Below are positions 36,817 through 50,359 of a stretch of 64,000 nt of DNA, piece by piece. Within the stretch, counting starts at the first letter, position 1. Each line of letters starts with the position of its first letter. A program made the position numbers and the translations under genes. Below the pieces are notes generated by a model. The model was given only the letters and a program-made list of their open reading frames with translations. It searched no databases and had not been told where the DNA came from. This DNA comes from Heteronotia binoei. Lineage: Eukaryota. Where the stretch lies: positions 7,564,001 through 7,628,000 of the forward strand of contig NC_083243.1 in assembly GCF_032191835.1 (NCBI RefSeq), written 5' to 3'.

Positions 36817-39794
36817 GTAGGAGTCTTGTCCTTTATGCTTTAATGGAACAAGAGGATGGATCGGTGGAGGAGGAAAAGTGTGAAGCTTAATGTGAAAACA
36901 ATTACCAAGGACAGACGAGGACAGTCTGAACCAGAACCGGAGCAGATATTAAAGGAAAAAGATGTGAAGTCACACCTAATCAGGCTGTACCTAGAGCACT
37001 GTGTGCAGTTCTGGAGGCCTGACTTTTAAAAAGAGCAGGTACAAAGGAGAGCAATTAAGATGATCAGGAGCCTGAGAGACTTGGGAATGTTCAGTCTGGA
37101 GAAGAGGAGGGTCTCTTGGAGGGTTGGAAAGACTGTCACTTGGGGGAAGGCAGGGACCTGTTCCCGTTGGCAGCAGAGGATAGGACTCACAATCATGGAT
37201 TTCAGTTACAGGTGGAGAGATACCAGCTGGATATCAGAGGATTTTATTTTTTTTTTACAGTAAGAGCTTTTCAGCAGGCTGATCCCGCATTGAGCCGGGG
37301 TGGACTAGCATTGAGCCGGGGTGGACTAGATGGCCTCTATGGACATGCCAACTCTATGATTCTATTATTCTAATCTCTTGATGGCTGTGTGGGTTAATGG
37401 CATTGCAACTGAAGCCTGCAGAAGTCGCTGGAGAGCTGTATAGTACTTAGTAATGTTATTATTTGATATCCCTTTGCACTGCTTGGCAATTAAAACTGCA
37501 GTACCATGTCAAGTGCTCTTTGGAGTATTGAAGTTGCTTTGTCTAGTCATTGCCCTGTTACTGACCATCTATACTTTGGATTCAGTGGAAGTGGCAAGTT
37601 GTGTGTGTTTCCTGATTATATTTAATTATATAGTATTTGTCCCAACACTTTGGTATTGTGTATAGCGGCTGATGGGACACAGAAGTGCAACCCTGGTGTC
37701 TGCTCTAAACTGTAAGGCAATGTCCTCTTTTACTGCCAATTAAATGTTGGATTTTTTTTTCTTTCTGTCCTTGTTTGCATCATTGCTCATTATTCAGCGG
37801 CAGAGGATGCAACTCTTATGCATTTTTAAAAAGAAAGTTGCCAAGTCTACCTTTTCTAATGCTGGATCTACAAAATATATAGTAGTTTGTTTTTAAGCCA
37901 ATTAGAGATGGAGAGAATTGGCTGGATCATGTGATCTGCAGATGCAGGGATCATAGATCTTTCACATTTCCCTCCCCTGGCAGTCTTTTTTGATCCAAAG
38001 GAAGTTTACCTCTAGGGCTGTGGGATCCGTGGGGAAGGCTGTGGGGGAAGGGAGAAGGGGGTGAAATCATCCACTCCTCTTTTTGCTGCCAGTGGGTGGG
38101 AGCTGTGCTGTGAGAAGAGGTCAAAAGGCAATTTTGTCCCCTCCCCACGGCAGTCTCCGATGCAGGTCCCACAACCTTGGGAATAATTTCGCGTTCTTGG
38201 GTTAGAAAGGACTGCGTGTGGGAGGGGAGCGTGGGACCGATCCATGAATGTCCGCAGCTTCTGCTAATAGATTGTGGGATGTTTGAAAATGTATAAGCCA
38301 GTACTAGAACAAGGCAAGGTACTTCCAGGCTTTTAGATACTTTGAGAACAGTCCGCAGTTTGTATTGATGTACTCTGAACTGACGTGCAGCGCTAGTGCT
38401 ATGATCATTATGCACTTACATTATTTACATAATTTATACTTTGTCTTTGGGGACCCAAAGCCACTTGCATTGTTCTCCTTTCCTCCTTTTTATCCCCACA
38501 ACAACCCTGTGAGGTAAGTTAGGCTGAGAGTGCATAACTGGTGGAAGATCCCCCAGAAAGCTGCCCGGGCAGAGATGAGATTAGAACCTGGGTCTCCTAG
38601 ATCCTAGTATGACAATCTGAGCCCCGCGTCACACTGTCTGTCCCTCACTTAATATATAATAATCATATTACTAGGGGAGATGTTTGTCTAAAACCATTGT
38701 CATCAAATGGAGCTCAGGGTGCATAACATTAACACACAAAACTGCAAGAGAATTTACATAAAACCTGCCTTTAATTTTTTCAAGGACACGACAATTAAGG
38801 AAAAGAAAACCCTCCCTGGATCCTGAGATGTTCAGGAGCAAAAATGGGTTTATATTATTTATTATAAATTATATAATAAGTAAATGCCTACTTATGGATC
38901 CCTTTGAAAAGCTGCATAAGATCTCCAGATACATTAAAAGATGAGGAGAGAGGCATGACAACTGAGAGGGAGGGAAGGGACAGATTCCTCAGGGAAAGTT
39001 GTCCCACCAGGGGGTTTATAATCCACCCCTAACCTTGACAGCAGGTGGTGGATGGGTATTAATAGCTGTCAGGTTAATATTTCTGGAGCAGGTCCAGATG
39101 TGGCCTGTGCCATACAGGGATGTGAACACCAACTACTGTGTTTAAATTTAAATTGCCATTTTGTAAGTCACCAGTGTTGCCGATTGCGACACTTCGTTGG
39201 CACAGTTGTGTTCTGTCAGGTGCTGGCCACGGCTGCGGGTGACTGAGTCATGGCTATGTCTGGTACATGCAACTCCATTGGGAACATGTTCGGGATTCTT
39301 TGATCATCTGTAGACTCCGAGTCTCCTGTCCTGCCAACACCTTTCTAATTTTAATTGTGGGTCACTGTGTGCTGGCGCAAGAAGGAACTGCACCCTCTCC
39401 AGCGTCACTGCAGGAAGTATTGAAACCGAACTGTCTGAGGTGTGGAGAGGGCATGCTGGGGCCAGTCCCAAGAAAACCCCCTGTGCAGCAGTGTCTGGCA
39501 GATCGCTTTACCAATGCAAACATGAGTGGTAACTTAATGCCCAAAACATCTTTCCTGTCCCGTCTGTCTCCTTTTAAGATGCCAGCCAGCCTCTGTAACT
39601 GGCAACGGGAGGTGTCATGAGCTTTCGAAAGACTTCCGTGTTGAATATAGTCTTGTCTTTTGATTTCCACTTTACCTGATAACCCAGTAAGCAAGGCTAA
39701 AGTCCTAAGCTTACTTCATAGGAAGTCTTGTCCCACTGAACTCAGGAGGGCAAACTTCTGAGATAAACCTGCTTCTGTTCTGATCAAAGTTTAG

Positions 39795-39928
39795 NNNNNN
39801 NNNNNNNNNNNNNNNNNNNNNNNNNNNNNNNNNNNNNNNNNNNNNNNNNNNNNNNNNNNNNNNNNNNNNNNNNNNNNNNNNNNNNNNNNNNNNNNNNNNN
39901 NNNNNNNNNNNNNNNNNNNNNNNNNNNN
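39795..39928. other. Assembly gap (134 N)
   Basis: N run. Confidence 1.
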
Positions 39929-40029
39929 AAAAGAAAATGAGAGCAATGAAATGAGGTGCTCTTCCACAAACATACCAACACATCAACACCCCCAAAAAAG
40001 GACATATACATAGACCATTTAAATGCATC

Positions 40030-40300
40030 TGAAAACAAATAACCATTCATAACCCTGCATTTAGCCTAACCGCGGCACTTGGGTAGAAGCTGTCCTTGAA
40101 TCTATTTGTCTTAGCCTTCAACACTCTATATCGCCTACCTGACGGTAAGATCTCAAATAGCAAGTGGCCCGGATGTGAAGGGTCCCTTAAGGTCATTTGT
40201 ATCTTCCTTTTACATCCCATACTTCTGTTGCCCTGGATTCTCTGGGCTGCCCACATATACTGGAAAAAAGCATATAAGTAAATTGTGCCCAGTGGTGATT
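40030..40300 (-). mobile_element. Rex1/Babar-like LINE ORF2 C-terminal fragment
   Basis: RDPSHPGHLLFEILPSGRRYRVLKAKTNRFKDSFYP resembles the HP...LPSGRR...SFFP C-terminal motif; clade assignment is from memory. Confidence 0.6.
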
Positions 40301-40303
40301 AAA

Positions 40304-40337
40304 ACTACTTAGCCTTTTGGCTAAGATCAAGCGCAGT
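40304..40337 (+). pseudogene. U2 snRNA 5' fragment (about nt 4-37)
   Basis: 20-nt exact match GCCTTTTGGCTAAGATCAAG (40312-40331), then cgcagt versus U2 TGTAGT. Confidence 0.65.
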
Positions 40338-41766
40338 GATGATGGGAAATCCCTGCAAGCTTTGAAATGCAATCTGTGAATAGTTTCCCGGAAGTCAACA
40401 AATCAATTGGGACTGAAAACAATTGGAGGAGCTTGCTGTACATTCATTCATTTCCCTTTGTTTCCAGTGTCTCACATCTTTGTCCTTTCTTTGTCCCCTT
40501 AGAAAAGCTTTTCCCCCCTCTCCCGCAATACTAGAACCCAGGGTCATCCACTGAAGTTGATGGGTGGGGGGATTTAGGCCAGACGCAAGGAAGTAACTTC
40601 TTCCCACACCGCATAGTTAAGTTGTGGAATTTGCTGCCACGGGATGTGGTGATGGCCGCAGAAAGCTTTAAAAAGGGAGTGGGGCAAATTCATGGAAATC
40701 GGAACTGTCAGTGGTTACTAGTCAAGATGGATATCTGCTTCCTCCAGTAACAGAGGTACTATACCTGTTGGGGAGCATGAGTTGGGAGAATACTGTCACA
40801 GTCATCTTGCTTATGGGCTTCCTATAGATGCCTGGTCAGCCACTGTGTGCACGGAATGCTGGAGTAGGTGGACCTTCAGTCTGATCCAGCATGGCTCTTC
40901 TTACGCTCTTAAGTGATGGCAAACCTGAAGCAGGGATGGGTAACCCATGGCATGTAGTCTGGCACCACCCAGCACAGCTCCATCTAAGGAACCGAGATGA
41001 GTCCCTGAAGTGTTGTAGGCACATATGGGGCCCTGGTTGTGTCTGCTGTTTCTGGCCAAGTGCAATCCCCTTCCACCATTTGCTGGAACCCCAAACAAGT
41101 GGATGTTCTGGAGTTTTTGTCATTTTGGCCAAAGGGGGTGCCCATCCCTGATCTCGAGAAGCTGTTCCTTGGCCCTGAACCCTTAGAGAGCGGACTGCAA
41201 CCGTAGCTGGATGAATATTCAAAAAGAAGTTTGTACAGTAATAAGTATGAATTTGAAATTATGTCCATTAATGAATTTACTGGGATATAGCGTCAAGGTA
41301 ACCCTGACAACAGTTACATCTTCTCAAGAACTTACTTGTTGAAGCCTGAATGATCTTGGGCAGTCATGCACTCAAAAAAAACAACAACCCAAAACTTTAC
41401 AGAAGCTTGTGATGGTTGTGCAAAAGTGTGGCACATTATCTTAGTGTCCAAAATGTCTCTTTGCAAACAACACTAGCAAACCACTTCTGCTTAATCACTT
41501 GCCTTGACAACTGTGTGTGACTTGATGACACTTTACACACAAACAATATCAGGTAGGGAGGTTCTGTTTACAAAACCATTTCCCCAGTGGTGGACTCATT
41601 TCATTGTACACCAGAATATCTTTTAAAGACTTGTTAAACTTCTTGTTGTGTATTTATAGTGTATTTTTATGAAGTTCTTTTTTTAAAAAAAGGGTTTGAT
41701 TATAGAAATCAAAGCTTGTCAGAGCCTGTAAAACCAACATAAAGACTTAAGGCAAAAGATATACAA

Positions 41767-41898
41767 NNNNNNNNNNNNNNNNNNNNNNNNNNNNNNNNNN
41801 NNNNNNNNNNNNNNNNNNNNNNNNNNNNNNNNNNNNNNNNNNNNNNNNNNNNNNNNNNNNNNNNNNNNNNNNNNNNNNNNNNNNNNNNNNNNNNNNNN
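41767..41898. other. Assembly gap (132 N)
   Basis: N run. Confidence 1.
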
Positions 41899-41978
41899 AA
41901 AGGTGAGCTAACCTTGTCTTGGAGGCATTTTTCTTGGAGTTCACTCACTGTGGGCCATAGAAGCCAGTTACCTTAGAG

Positions 41979-42315
41979 CAGAGGTCCCCAACCCCCGGGC
42001 CGTGGACCAGTACTGGTCTGTGGTCTGTTAGCAACCGGTTTGTTGAGCGAGGCAGAGGCACCGCATCACCCCTCACTCCAAAGCACCACCTCTTTCATTT
42101 GCCCAGATCCTGGGCAGGCAGAAGGAGCAGCGCAGCAGCGACCTTCACCTACCCCTCATTTAAAGAGCCCGGCGGGGCAGGGACAGGGTGTGGGGCAAGC
42201 CTGGGCCAGCAAAAACCCCAGCACACCACCACCACCACCACCACCACCACCAGTCTGTGGAAAAATTGTCTTCCATGAAACTGGTCCCTGGTGCCCAAAA
42301 AGTTGGGAGCCACTG
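41979..42315. mobile_element. Non-autonomous hAT (Charlie-like) element
   Basis: cagaggtccccaacc / agttgggagccactg; perfect TSD CCTTAGAG; contains (cca)n. Confidence 0.87.
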
Positions 42316-43598
42316 CCTTAGAGCATAGGTATCTGAAGGCTTGTTTGAAGCTTTCTTCATTCCACCTCCACATACAGTGAAAATCCGATCAGCCCTCAAG
42401 GTTGTATGCTTCAGTGCGCATAAGATTAATGTCCAAACTAGGGAGATCTTTCAGTTATTTTAATGCAAGATCTCTCCCAATGTATTCTCCTAGCTAGCAT
42501 GTTCAGTATGTAGACTCAAGGGAGATCCTGTATTGGAGTAACTGCCGTTAGGTGTTTCCTTCTACATTCAATTTACGGAGTGATGGAGGAAGAAGCAAGC
42601 AAACCCGTGGTCTGTTTCTAGTCTCACTGTGCCTAGAAGGGGATGGGGGGGGACGTATTGCAGGAACACTCTCTTCATACTGGATGCTTGTTTCTGGCAG
42701 CTGCAAGTTTGCTGCTGCACTCACAGCTGATGGGACTTCACAACCGTTTTGTGCTAATTCAGAAATACTTCTGGGGGAGTGCTGACTGCCAGATTATTTC
42801 ATACCCTAAGACATTACGTAAGATGCAGTTCCTGTTGAGACAATACATGGTGGATTTCTTGTTAATTTGACTCTCTCGATCCTAGTAACTTGTCCCAGTG
42901 TTTTTGTCTGCAGCTTTGCATTGCATAATGCTGGTACGAAAATGCAAAGAAGCTGCCCCTGGTATAGCCATTAGTACATTCCGTCGCAAGTACTATTGCC
43001 TGAGCCTATAAGAAATGTTTTAAAAGCTCTGGCAGGGTAATGAAGGGTATGTTACAGCTCACCTCTGGAACACTCCCTTCTTGCACAGTCTGGCGAGCCA
43101 AAGTATTCATGTTCATACACAGTCCATTTAAAGGTAGTAATTCGGTCTCTAGAAACCCATGACTGGCAAGGCAGTTCCTGCCTGGTGCCAAAGAAAGTCC
43201 TTGACCTCTGCTTCGTGAAGCGAATACTAGACATGAACTTTAAACAGCGGTTTGTATAGGAAAAAAAGCAGGCACAGACGACATCATGCAGTCCTCCCAC
43301 AATCCCCTGCATTCCTGACCCCCCCCCCCTGCAAAGATCATTCCTAACATTGGGGAGGTGCACGCACGGGGCTTGTAGTATGGAGGAGGAAGAGGGTGAA
43401 ATTGCCCTTTCTCCTCCTAGCACTAATGCAGATCCAACTGATGCAAGAAAGAGAAGGGTGTGATTCTTCTCTGAACCCATGCAGCTGTTTCCACCACACA
43501 GGTCTGGCTATCCCCAAAATCCACAAGGTTGGCTTGTTTTTTTAATAGGTGTGTTTCGTTGGTTTTAACATAAGGCAACTCGAGCTTTTTTTCTAAAT

Positions 43599-43910
43599 CA
43601 AGAGTCCCCAACCTATTTGAGCCTGTGTGCGCATTCAGAATTCTGACACGGCATGGCAGTGACAAAATGGCTGCCGCAAAAAGATTGCCACAGCTTAATT
43701 TCAGTAACACAGTGTGGATTCTTTTGCCGTGATGGCAGCTGCTGTTAAAGGCCAGCATTTTTTTCTTCAAAAGCTGCAAAGCCAATCAGGAGCCCCGCTA
43801 AGCAAAAGCCTTACCTGGCCCCACCCACTCCCTAAAAACGCCCGGCAAGCACCAGAAAAGGTCTCAGCAGGCACCATGTTACCTATGGACACCACGTTGG
43901 GGCACCCTTG
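43599..43910. mobile_element. Non-autonomous hAT element
   Basis: caagagtccccaac / gttggggcacccttg; perfect TSD TTCTAAAT. Confidence 0.83.
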
Positions 43911-45440
43911 TTCTAAATAAAATAAAACAGGGACTGCAGGAGCAAAGAGAAATAAAGGAAAATTCTGTTCATCTTCCATTCAGACGTTGCTGAATAAAAA
44001 CCAGGACTGTGTTGTAAAAGTTTCCTGCCAGTAATCTGTCATTTCTACTAAAAATTTAGGGCTACAAACTTTTTTACCTTCTTCAGTTCAGGTGCAATAA
44101 CGTGTTTCAAAATCACATGCACTTCCAAGACCTGCTGGGCATCATTGGAAAAGGGGGAAGAAACGTCCACCCCACCCCCCACCCCATTACTGAGCCAAAA
44201 ACGTGATACGAAGCAGGATGGTAGATTATTTACAAGTCTGCAGTCTGTGCATTTCTCTGAATTGCATAATTGGGCTCTTGCGTGCCTGTTGGCCACCCAG
44301 TTCTGGTTGCTGGTCGTCCCACACTTCGTTCAGAGCGGGGCTGTTACGGAGAATGCAAACCTTAAATGTGAAAAAAATTGCATCTGTTCTTGTGAAAGAA
44401 TAAAATTTGTCATGCAGGGGCTTTGTCAGATCTACAAAACAGCTGCAGTCCTGAGAACTGGACAAATAGGTTTTTTTTACAGAGGGCCTTAGACTGCTAC
44501 CTCATGCGGGCTGCAAGGGCAAAAATTCTGTAGGTGTCATGACAATATGCAGAGCAAATGCCCTGTGTTCTGTTTGTGTTCCTGGCTCTCTCCAATCGCA
44601 TGCTAATTCCTGGGATTCTTTGACCTCCTCAAGTAAAGTCCTCGCTTTATCTTAAAGTGCGCAGATAACCAGGGGTTAGGATTTCTTAATACGAAGCTAC
44701 AGCCTATACAAAGATCCAGCACGCAGAGCCTTAGCTCTTCCTCATCCCTCGCCTTTTAGTGCTTGGAGGCATTTTTTTTTATCAGTGTGTTTTAAAGATC
44801 AGATCAGCTGTTGTTTTAGGAAGGGAGCAGCTAAGCAATCTCTGTTTGCAGTCCACCCTCCCTTGCCCTTGGCATTCCTCCACGAGACCCAGAATTATAA
44901 ATAAGCCAGCAAATTGCTTTGTAAGAGTGCCTCCCCCCCAAAAAATATGAGAAGCCAATTAGATGCCTATTAGGGCTTTTTTCCCCTTAAAGTTACGAAA
45001 TGTGTATTAGCTTTAAAGGATGTGGTGCTTGGCACAGTTTCATGACAAACGCAGTTGGAGAGGAGTTCAGCATGGGACTCGCTGCGTGATTAGAAGTGCA
45101 GCAAAGAGCCAGGGAAGAGACTGGCTAGCTGTGGTGGAGTCCTAAGCAGAGCTAGTAACCTTTTAAGCCGTTAACTTAAATGGACTTAAATAGATACAGA
45201 TAGCCCCCTGTGCAAGCACCAGTCTTTTCCGACCCATGGGGTAAGGTCGCGTCACAACATTTTCATGGCAGACTTTTAATGGGGTGGTTTGCCATTGGCT
45301 TCCCCAGTCACCTACACTCCCCAGCAAGCTGGGTACTCATTTTATCGACCTCAGAAGGATGGAAGACTGAGTCAACCTGGAGCTGGCTATCTGAACCCAG
45401 CTTCCGCCAGGATCGAACTCAGGTTGTGAGCAAAGTTTGG

Positions 45441-45722
45441 AAGAAGAAGATGATGATATTGGATTTATGTCCCGCCCTATACTCTGAATCTCAGAGTCTG
45501 AGCAGTCACAATCTCCTTTACCTTCCCCCTCCACAACAGACACCCTGTGAGGTGGCTGGGGCTGAGAGGGTTCTCGCAGCAGCTGCCCTTTCAAGGACAA
45601 CTCCTACGAGAGCTATGGCTGACCCAAGGCCATTCTGGCAGCTGCAAGTGGAGGAGTGGGGAATCAAACCCGGTTCTCCCAGATAAGAGTCCACACACTT
45701 AAGCACTACACCAAACTGGCTC
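45441..45722 (-). mobile_element. Squam3-like SINE nested in an RTE-tailed SINE
   Basis: Host SINE body 45201-45440 resumes as agtactgcagctttaccactctg at about 45723-45746. Confidence 0.8.
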
Positions 45723-46490
45723 AGTACTGCAGCTTTACCACTCTGTAATTCTCTTCTTTAGGATGCCAGACAGACGTCACGCAGGCAGTGTGGATCGCAG
45801 TCTGTGAAAAGCAGCCACAAAAGGCTGCAATCCGGAACAAAGGAGCCAAAGGAGCGGTTGGAATGAGAGCTGCTCAGCCTGTTGCACTCAAAATTGCCCC
45901 CCTTTCCACAGGGGCAGGATGCAACTTCTCTTTGCTTTTCTTTTGAAGAAAAGTTGTCTGGGTAGGGACTGGGAGAGAATGGTTAAACACCCATCGCCTG
46001 CTGCTTTTGTGTGCTCTCAGTCGTAGACTCCTCTACTGTTTCCCTTTATATATGTATTTTAAAAGATTCAGAGGTGTAGCTCCCAGATAATGTGTAGTTT
46101 TCCCTGTAGGAGGCACAGAAGAGAACAGCTCAGTGGACTTCCAGTTGTTTGCAGTTGCTTCCACCTGCACATCAAAGGAGACCAGGCAGATGTGATACCC
46201 TGTTGAAAAGCAAATTATATTGACAGCATGGGGGAGGTTCCAAATTGGCTGCCAGTGTTTGGGCTGAGTCTAGGAAAGCTTGCTGGGGGGGGGGGGGGGA
46301 GTATTTGTTTCAATTTTGGGTATAAATGGGAAGCAACAGATGCGGGGGTGGGGGGTGGGGGAGAGATTAAGCATTCCTTACTCCTGCAGCAGAGAAATGG
46401 CTCTCAGCATTCTTGCACCCATGTTTGTTTTTGGAAGTGTAGATCAGCTTTTTGTTTTGGGATGATGTTCAGTTACTGAGTTCTCTAGAG

Positions 46491-47037
46491 CAGCGGTCCC
46501 CAACCTTTTTGGCCCGAGGGTCAGCCCACCGACTGTGGCCCCTGGGCCAGCAGGGTGGGGGCACCCAATTCGGCTGCTCCCTCCCTCGCGGCATCTCCTC
46601 CCCCCTGTTTTCCTACCGCATTTCCTCCTCCCTCCTTCACCCCCCCCCCCCCCCGCAGCCTCACTGCTGCCCCTGAGAAGCCTCCTCCTCCCCCCCTCCC
46701 TGTTTTCACCATTTTAAGGCCGGGGAAGGGGCCTTCCAGGTGAACCCTACCCCCTCCCCCGGAAAGAGGCAAGGGCAGCGTCCCTCCCTCGTCACTGCTG
46801 CTGTGGTTTTCCCGACCAATCAGCTGATCAGCAAGGGGGTGGAGGTTGGCCTGGGAGACGCTTCACTGCCCCTTCCCCGGCCTTAAAATGGTAAAAAAAG
46901 TGGGGTGGAGGGAGGAGGTGCCGCAGGGGGCGGTGAGGCTGCGGGGGCGGGGGGGGCAGGGCAGTGAGGCTACATGGCCCATTGCAAACAGGCTGCGGCC
47001 CGGTACCTGTTCTCAGTCTGGGGGTTGGGGACCCCTG
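46491..47037. mobile_element. GC-rich hAT MITE with internal inverted arms
   Basis: cagcggtccccaacc / ggttggggacccctg; perfect TSD CTCTAGAG; about 46600-46740 is inverted relative to about 46865-46960. Confidence 0.87.
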
Positions 47038-47299
47038 CTCTAGAGGGCCGGGCAAGAACATAAAACTCCCCTCATTTGAATGACAAGTGCAAAGTGGTGA
47101 AAAATTTTGAAGTACCCAAAACAAAAAACAAAAAAACCCAACCCCGAGAGCAGTAAATGTTGGTAAAGAGCCTGCCTTTTTAAAAGGAAAAGTGTTGTCC
47201 ACGCTGTTCTTACCTGCCCTGGGTTATTCTTTCCTTTTCCATTCCTCCCTCCTACCCCACCCCACCCCATGGCTGAAATACGTCAGTTGTATAACCCAC

Positions 47300-47460
47300 G
47301 CTAGACTGATCTCGTTGGATCTCAGAAACTAAGCTGGGTGGGCCCTAGTTAGTACTTTGACAGAAGACTCTCAAGGAAGTCCAGGATCTTTATGCAGAGG
47401 CAAGCAATAGCAAACCACCTTTGAATTTCTCTGTGAGGGCATCAAAAGTCAGCTGTGACT
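47300..47460 (+). mobile_element. 5S rRNA-derived SINE with RTE-type tail
   Basis: gatctcgttggatctcagaaactaagctgggt..ctagttagtact followed by gcaatagcaaaccacc. Confidence 0.65.
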
Positions 47461-48256
47461 TGACCACACTTTCTATCATCCCCAGGGGCCTGGGGGTGTG
47501 GACCTGTTTTTCTTTGTTGTTGAGGCATTGTGTATATGGATGCATTGCTTAAAATGGATTTGGTAGGGAGAGAAACCTCCTTTTTTGCCGTGGAGATATG
47601 GAGGAGGGAATGGCAGTTGTCAAGCAAAGGAAGTATCTTGGAGGTGGATTTTTAATTTAAACACCTTATTTGTCATTTTGAATACAACCCGCTAAGTGCT
47701 GCTCCTGCACATATTCCACTGAAATAAACGGAGGCTGTGCATCAGCAGTGCTCAGGAGATTGGCTGCCTTGTGTCCTTAGTGTGGACGGCAGGATGGCTC
47801 TGCCCAAGCAGCTGGCTTCCTTAGAATTCTAGGGTGCTTTGCTGATGGTGGTTGGGCTGCAGCTGCCCTTGTCCTTTGGGCTTCGTTGCCATCAGATCCC
47901 TGTCCTTCAGGCATTGGTCTGAGTCCTCCAGAAAACCCTGCAGATCTTGCAGAAGGAAAGCGGTCCTTTAAAGCAAAAGCTTCTCTACCTGCCAAAGAGC
48001 AGATCGAACAAATGTCCTAAGATGTGCACAGCCTCGTTGTCCTTTTAAATCATTCCTTCGTAGTAACCGTTGCACTCCTGTATAAGGAGAATGTTTATAA
48101 TAGGTGTGTGTAAATAGCCACTCATTTCTTGCAAGTAAACCTTCACCAGGTGTAATGCTGAGATCAGTTCTGCTCATACAGGTTAATCCATGACAGGAAA
48201 GTCTTCTGTACTGGAGGCGAAGGATTGTATTGTAAAGATTTGCAGAGACTATAGCG

Positions 48257-48508
48257 CAGAGGTGACCAAACTTGCTTAACATAAAGGGCTGCACAGAATA
48301 AGTGTCAGATGCTTGAGGGAAGGAAGGAAAATAGATGGGGGAGGGAGGAGAGGTGGAAAGAAAGCAACTTTAAAGGCATTGTCCAGGCCTGCAGCTGGCT
48401 TGGCTTGGACAAGTGATTTGGAGAGAGAAATGCCTTTTCCAAGTTAGCCAACAGGACGGTTGGGGCTAACACCTTATATGTGAAAGAGTCGTAGTTTTAC
48501 CACCCCTG
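48257..48508. mobile_element. Older copy of the 3370-type hAT element
   Basis: cagaggtgaccaaact / agttttaccacccctg; TSD CTATAGCG / GTATAGCA (6/8). Confidence 0.72.
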
Positions 48509-48643
48509 GTATAGCAGTTCTCAGTCCAGTAGCACCTTAAAGACTGACAAAATTTCCAAGGAAAAAGGTTTTGAGAATATCTGACGAAGAAAGCCTTGAC
48601 TCTCCAAAACTTACACCCTGGGAAACTTGGTTGATCTCTAGGG

Positions 48644-48783
48644 CAGGGGTGGCCAACGGTAGCTCTCCAGATGTTTTTTTGCCTACAACTCCCATCAGCC
48701 CCAGCCAGCATGGCCAGTGGCTGGGGCTGATGGGAGTTATAGGCAAAAAAAAATATCTGGAGAGCTACCATTGGCCACCCCTG
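48644..48783. mobile_element. 140-bp palindromic hAT MITE inserted in a Penelope-type tail
   Basis: caggggtggccaa / ttggccacccctg; perfect TSD CTCTAGGG. Confidence 0.9.
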
Positions 48784-49442
48784 CTCTAGGGCATTACAGG
48801 GTTCTTCTACTGCAGACTAGCATGACTCCCCACCCTGAAACTACAGCTGCTCTCTGTGTCTGCTCCCATTTCCCTTCTGTAAAATGGGCATAACGCTGGC
48901 TGACTAATGTTACGGTTGTAGCGAAAGGGTACCGTATTTTGCATATTGCGAGAGGTGCGGGTCAGTGGTTATATTTCAAGAGCAATGATTACACAACTCA
49001 TGTTCACCTTTTTAATAAACTCCGTTTCAGCTATTTGTCGTAGATCCAGAGGATTCTGACGAAGAGGGCTGTGTTTTCTTGAAAGCTTATGCTACATTAA
49101 AATTTGTCAAGACTTAAAGGTGCTACTGGACTCTTTACTACTTTGCAGCTATTATTTCATCATTTCACCCTCTCTCCCCCCCCTGTCTTATTTGTCCTGG
49201 TGGTCATCAGCATTTTAGAAAGATCTCTGCCAGCGTTGTTTTTCTGTTACGAATTTCTTCATTCTCAGGGGCACTTCAGATCAGCCAGGAATAGTCTGCT
49301 CAGTTTAAATCAGAAATGACTTGTCTTTGCGCTGTAGTTTCTTAGACTGAACGTAAACAGCAAATATCTCATGAAAATCATATGATGTTGTTTGTGAGAG
49401 GAAGGGCTATTTGCCAAGGGGACACTCTTATCGGCATCTTTT

Positions 49443-49549
49443 ACCCAGCTACTCTCTTAACTTGCCAGTAAACATAGTGGAAAAACATCCTAGTTGTGGA
49501 AACCCAGCTACTCTCTTAACTTGCCAGTAAACATAGTGGAAAAACATCC
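49443..49549 (+). repeat. 48-bp direct duplication with 11-bp spacer
   Basis: acccagctactctcttaacttgccagtaaacatagtggaaaaacatcc at 49443 and 49502. Confidence 0.85.
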
Positions 49550-50247
49550 CTAATCTTGTGTGGGCATACATTATAAATTGCAACCGCAGCAAGCTTGATC
49601 AGGAGGACATCCAAGATTTAAGCGGATCAGAAATAATAGCTGCCCTATCTCAGCGATACAGAAAAAGAATTTCTGCTTTGGCTCTCAGTAAACCCTCTGG
49701 ATTCCCTGTAGCAAACAGAACATCGTTCTTTATTTAAGAAAGGCTTACTTGTAGTATTAGTGTTGGAATAGTCTTTCGAGGCAGGAGAGCAGAGAGAAAT
49801 CTGGGCTTTAAAAAAAAAAAAAAAATTCCACACTGGCTTTGCTTTGGATATGTTGAAATAGGTGCTCTTGACTGAAGCAAGACAAAGGCTCTGAATTGGT
49901 CCCTTGAGGCTCCTCCCTCTTGCGCCTCTGGAAGAAATATTCTGTCTTCTAGTAGATTTTGTTAATGTAATGTGGGATGGTGGCAAGAACAAATATTTAA
50001 AGAATGAACCTTTGCCACACATGCATAGCCAGATGTTATAGTGCAGCTTTCCACAAAGAGACCATGAGTCTTAGGCTCCCATGAACTATTTTAAGAAGTG
50101 CTCATTTGAGGATGGGGAACCACACACAGTGCTGGAACCCTCAAGCAGTTTCTGAAAGTTCAGCCAAGAAAGCAAAAAACATATTGCCGCCATTTATTTG
50201 AAGGCTGGTTCCGATGCTCGCTTCTCACGCTTTGACTGTCATCTCAG

Positions 50248-50359
50248 TTCTCCCTCTGAGTCGGAGGCCATCTTGGGTACTTTCCACCATCTTGTCAGGG
50301 AGGCAGGAGATAGAATAATTCTTCTTCCTTGACCCTGGAGCACCCAGATCTCCCCAGTT
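50248..50359 (+). repeat. DIRS left inverted terminal repeat
   Basis: 50269-50359 is the reverse complement of 56105-56201 with 5 substitutions and one 6-bp indel. Confidence 0.93.

Noticed and set aside
39610-39645. Minus-strand gaaagctcatg resembling a hammerhead 3' half
   Set aside because: No CTGANGA core or stem II upstream
39000-39720. Unexplained GC-balanced stretch with 110-117 aa ORFs on both strands
   Set aside because: No protein motif, terminal repeat or splice-consistent frame that I can recognise; left unannotated
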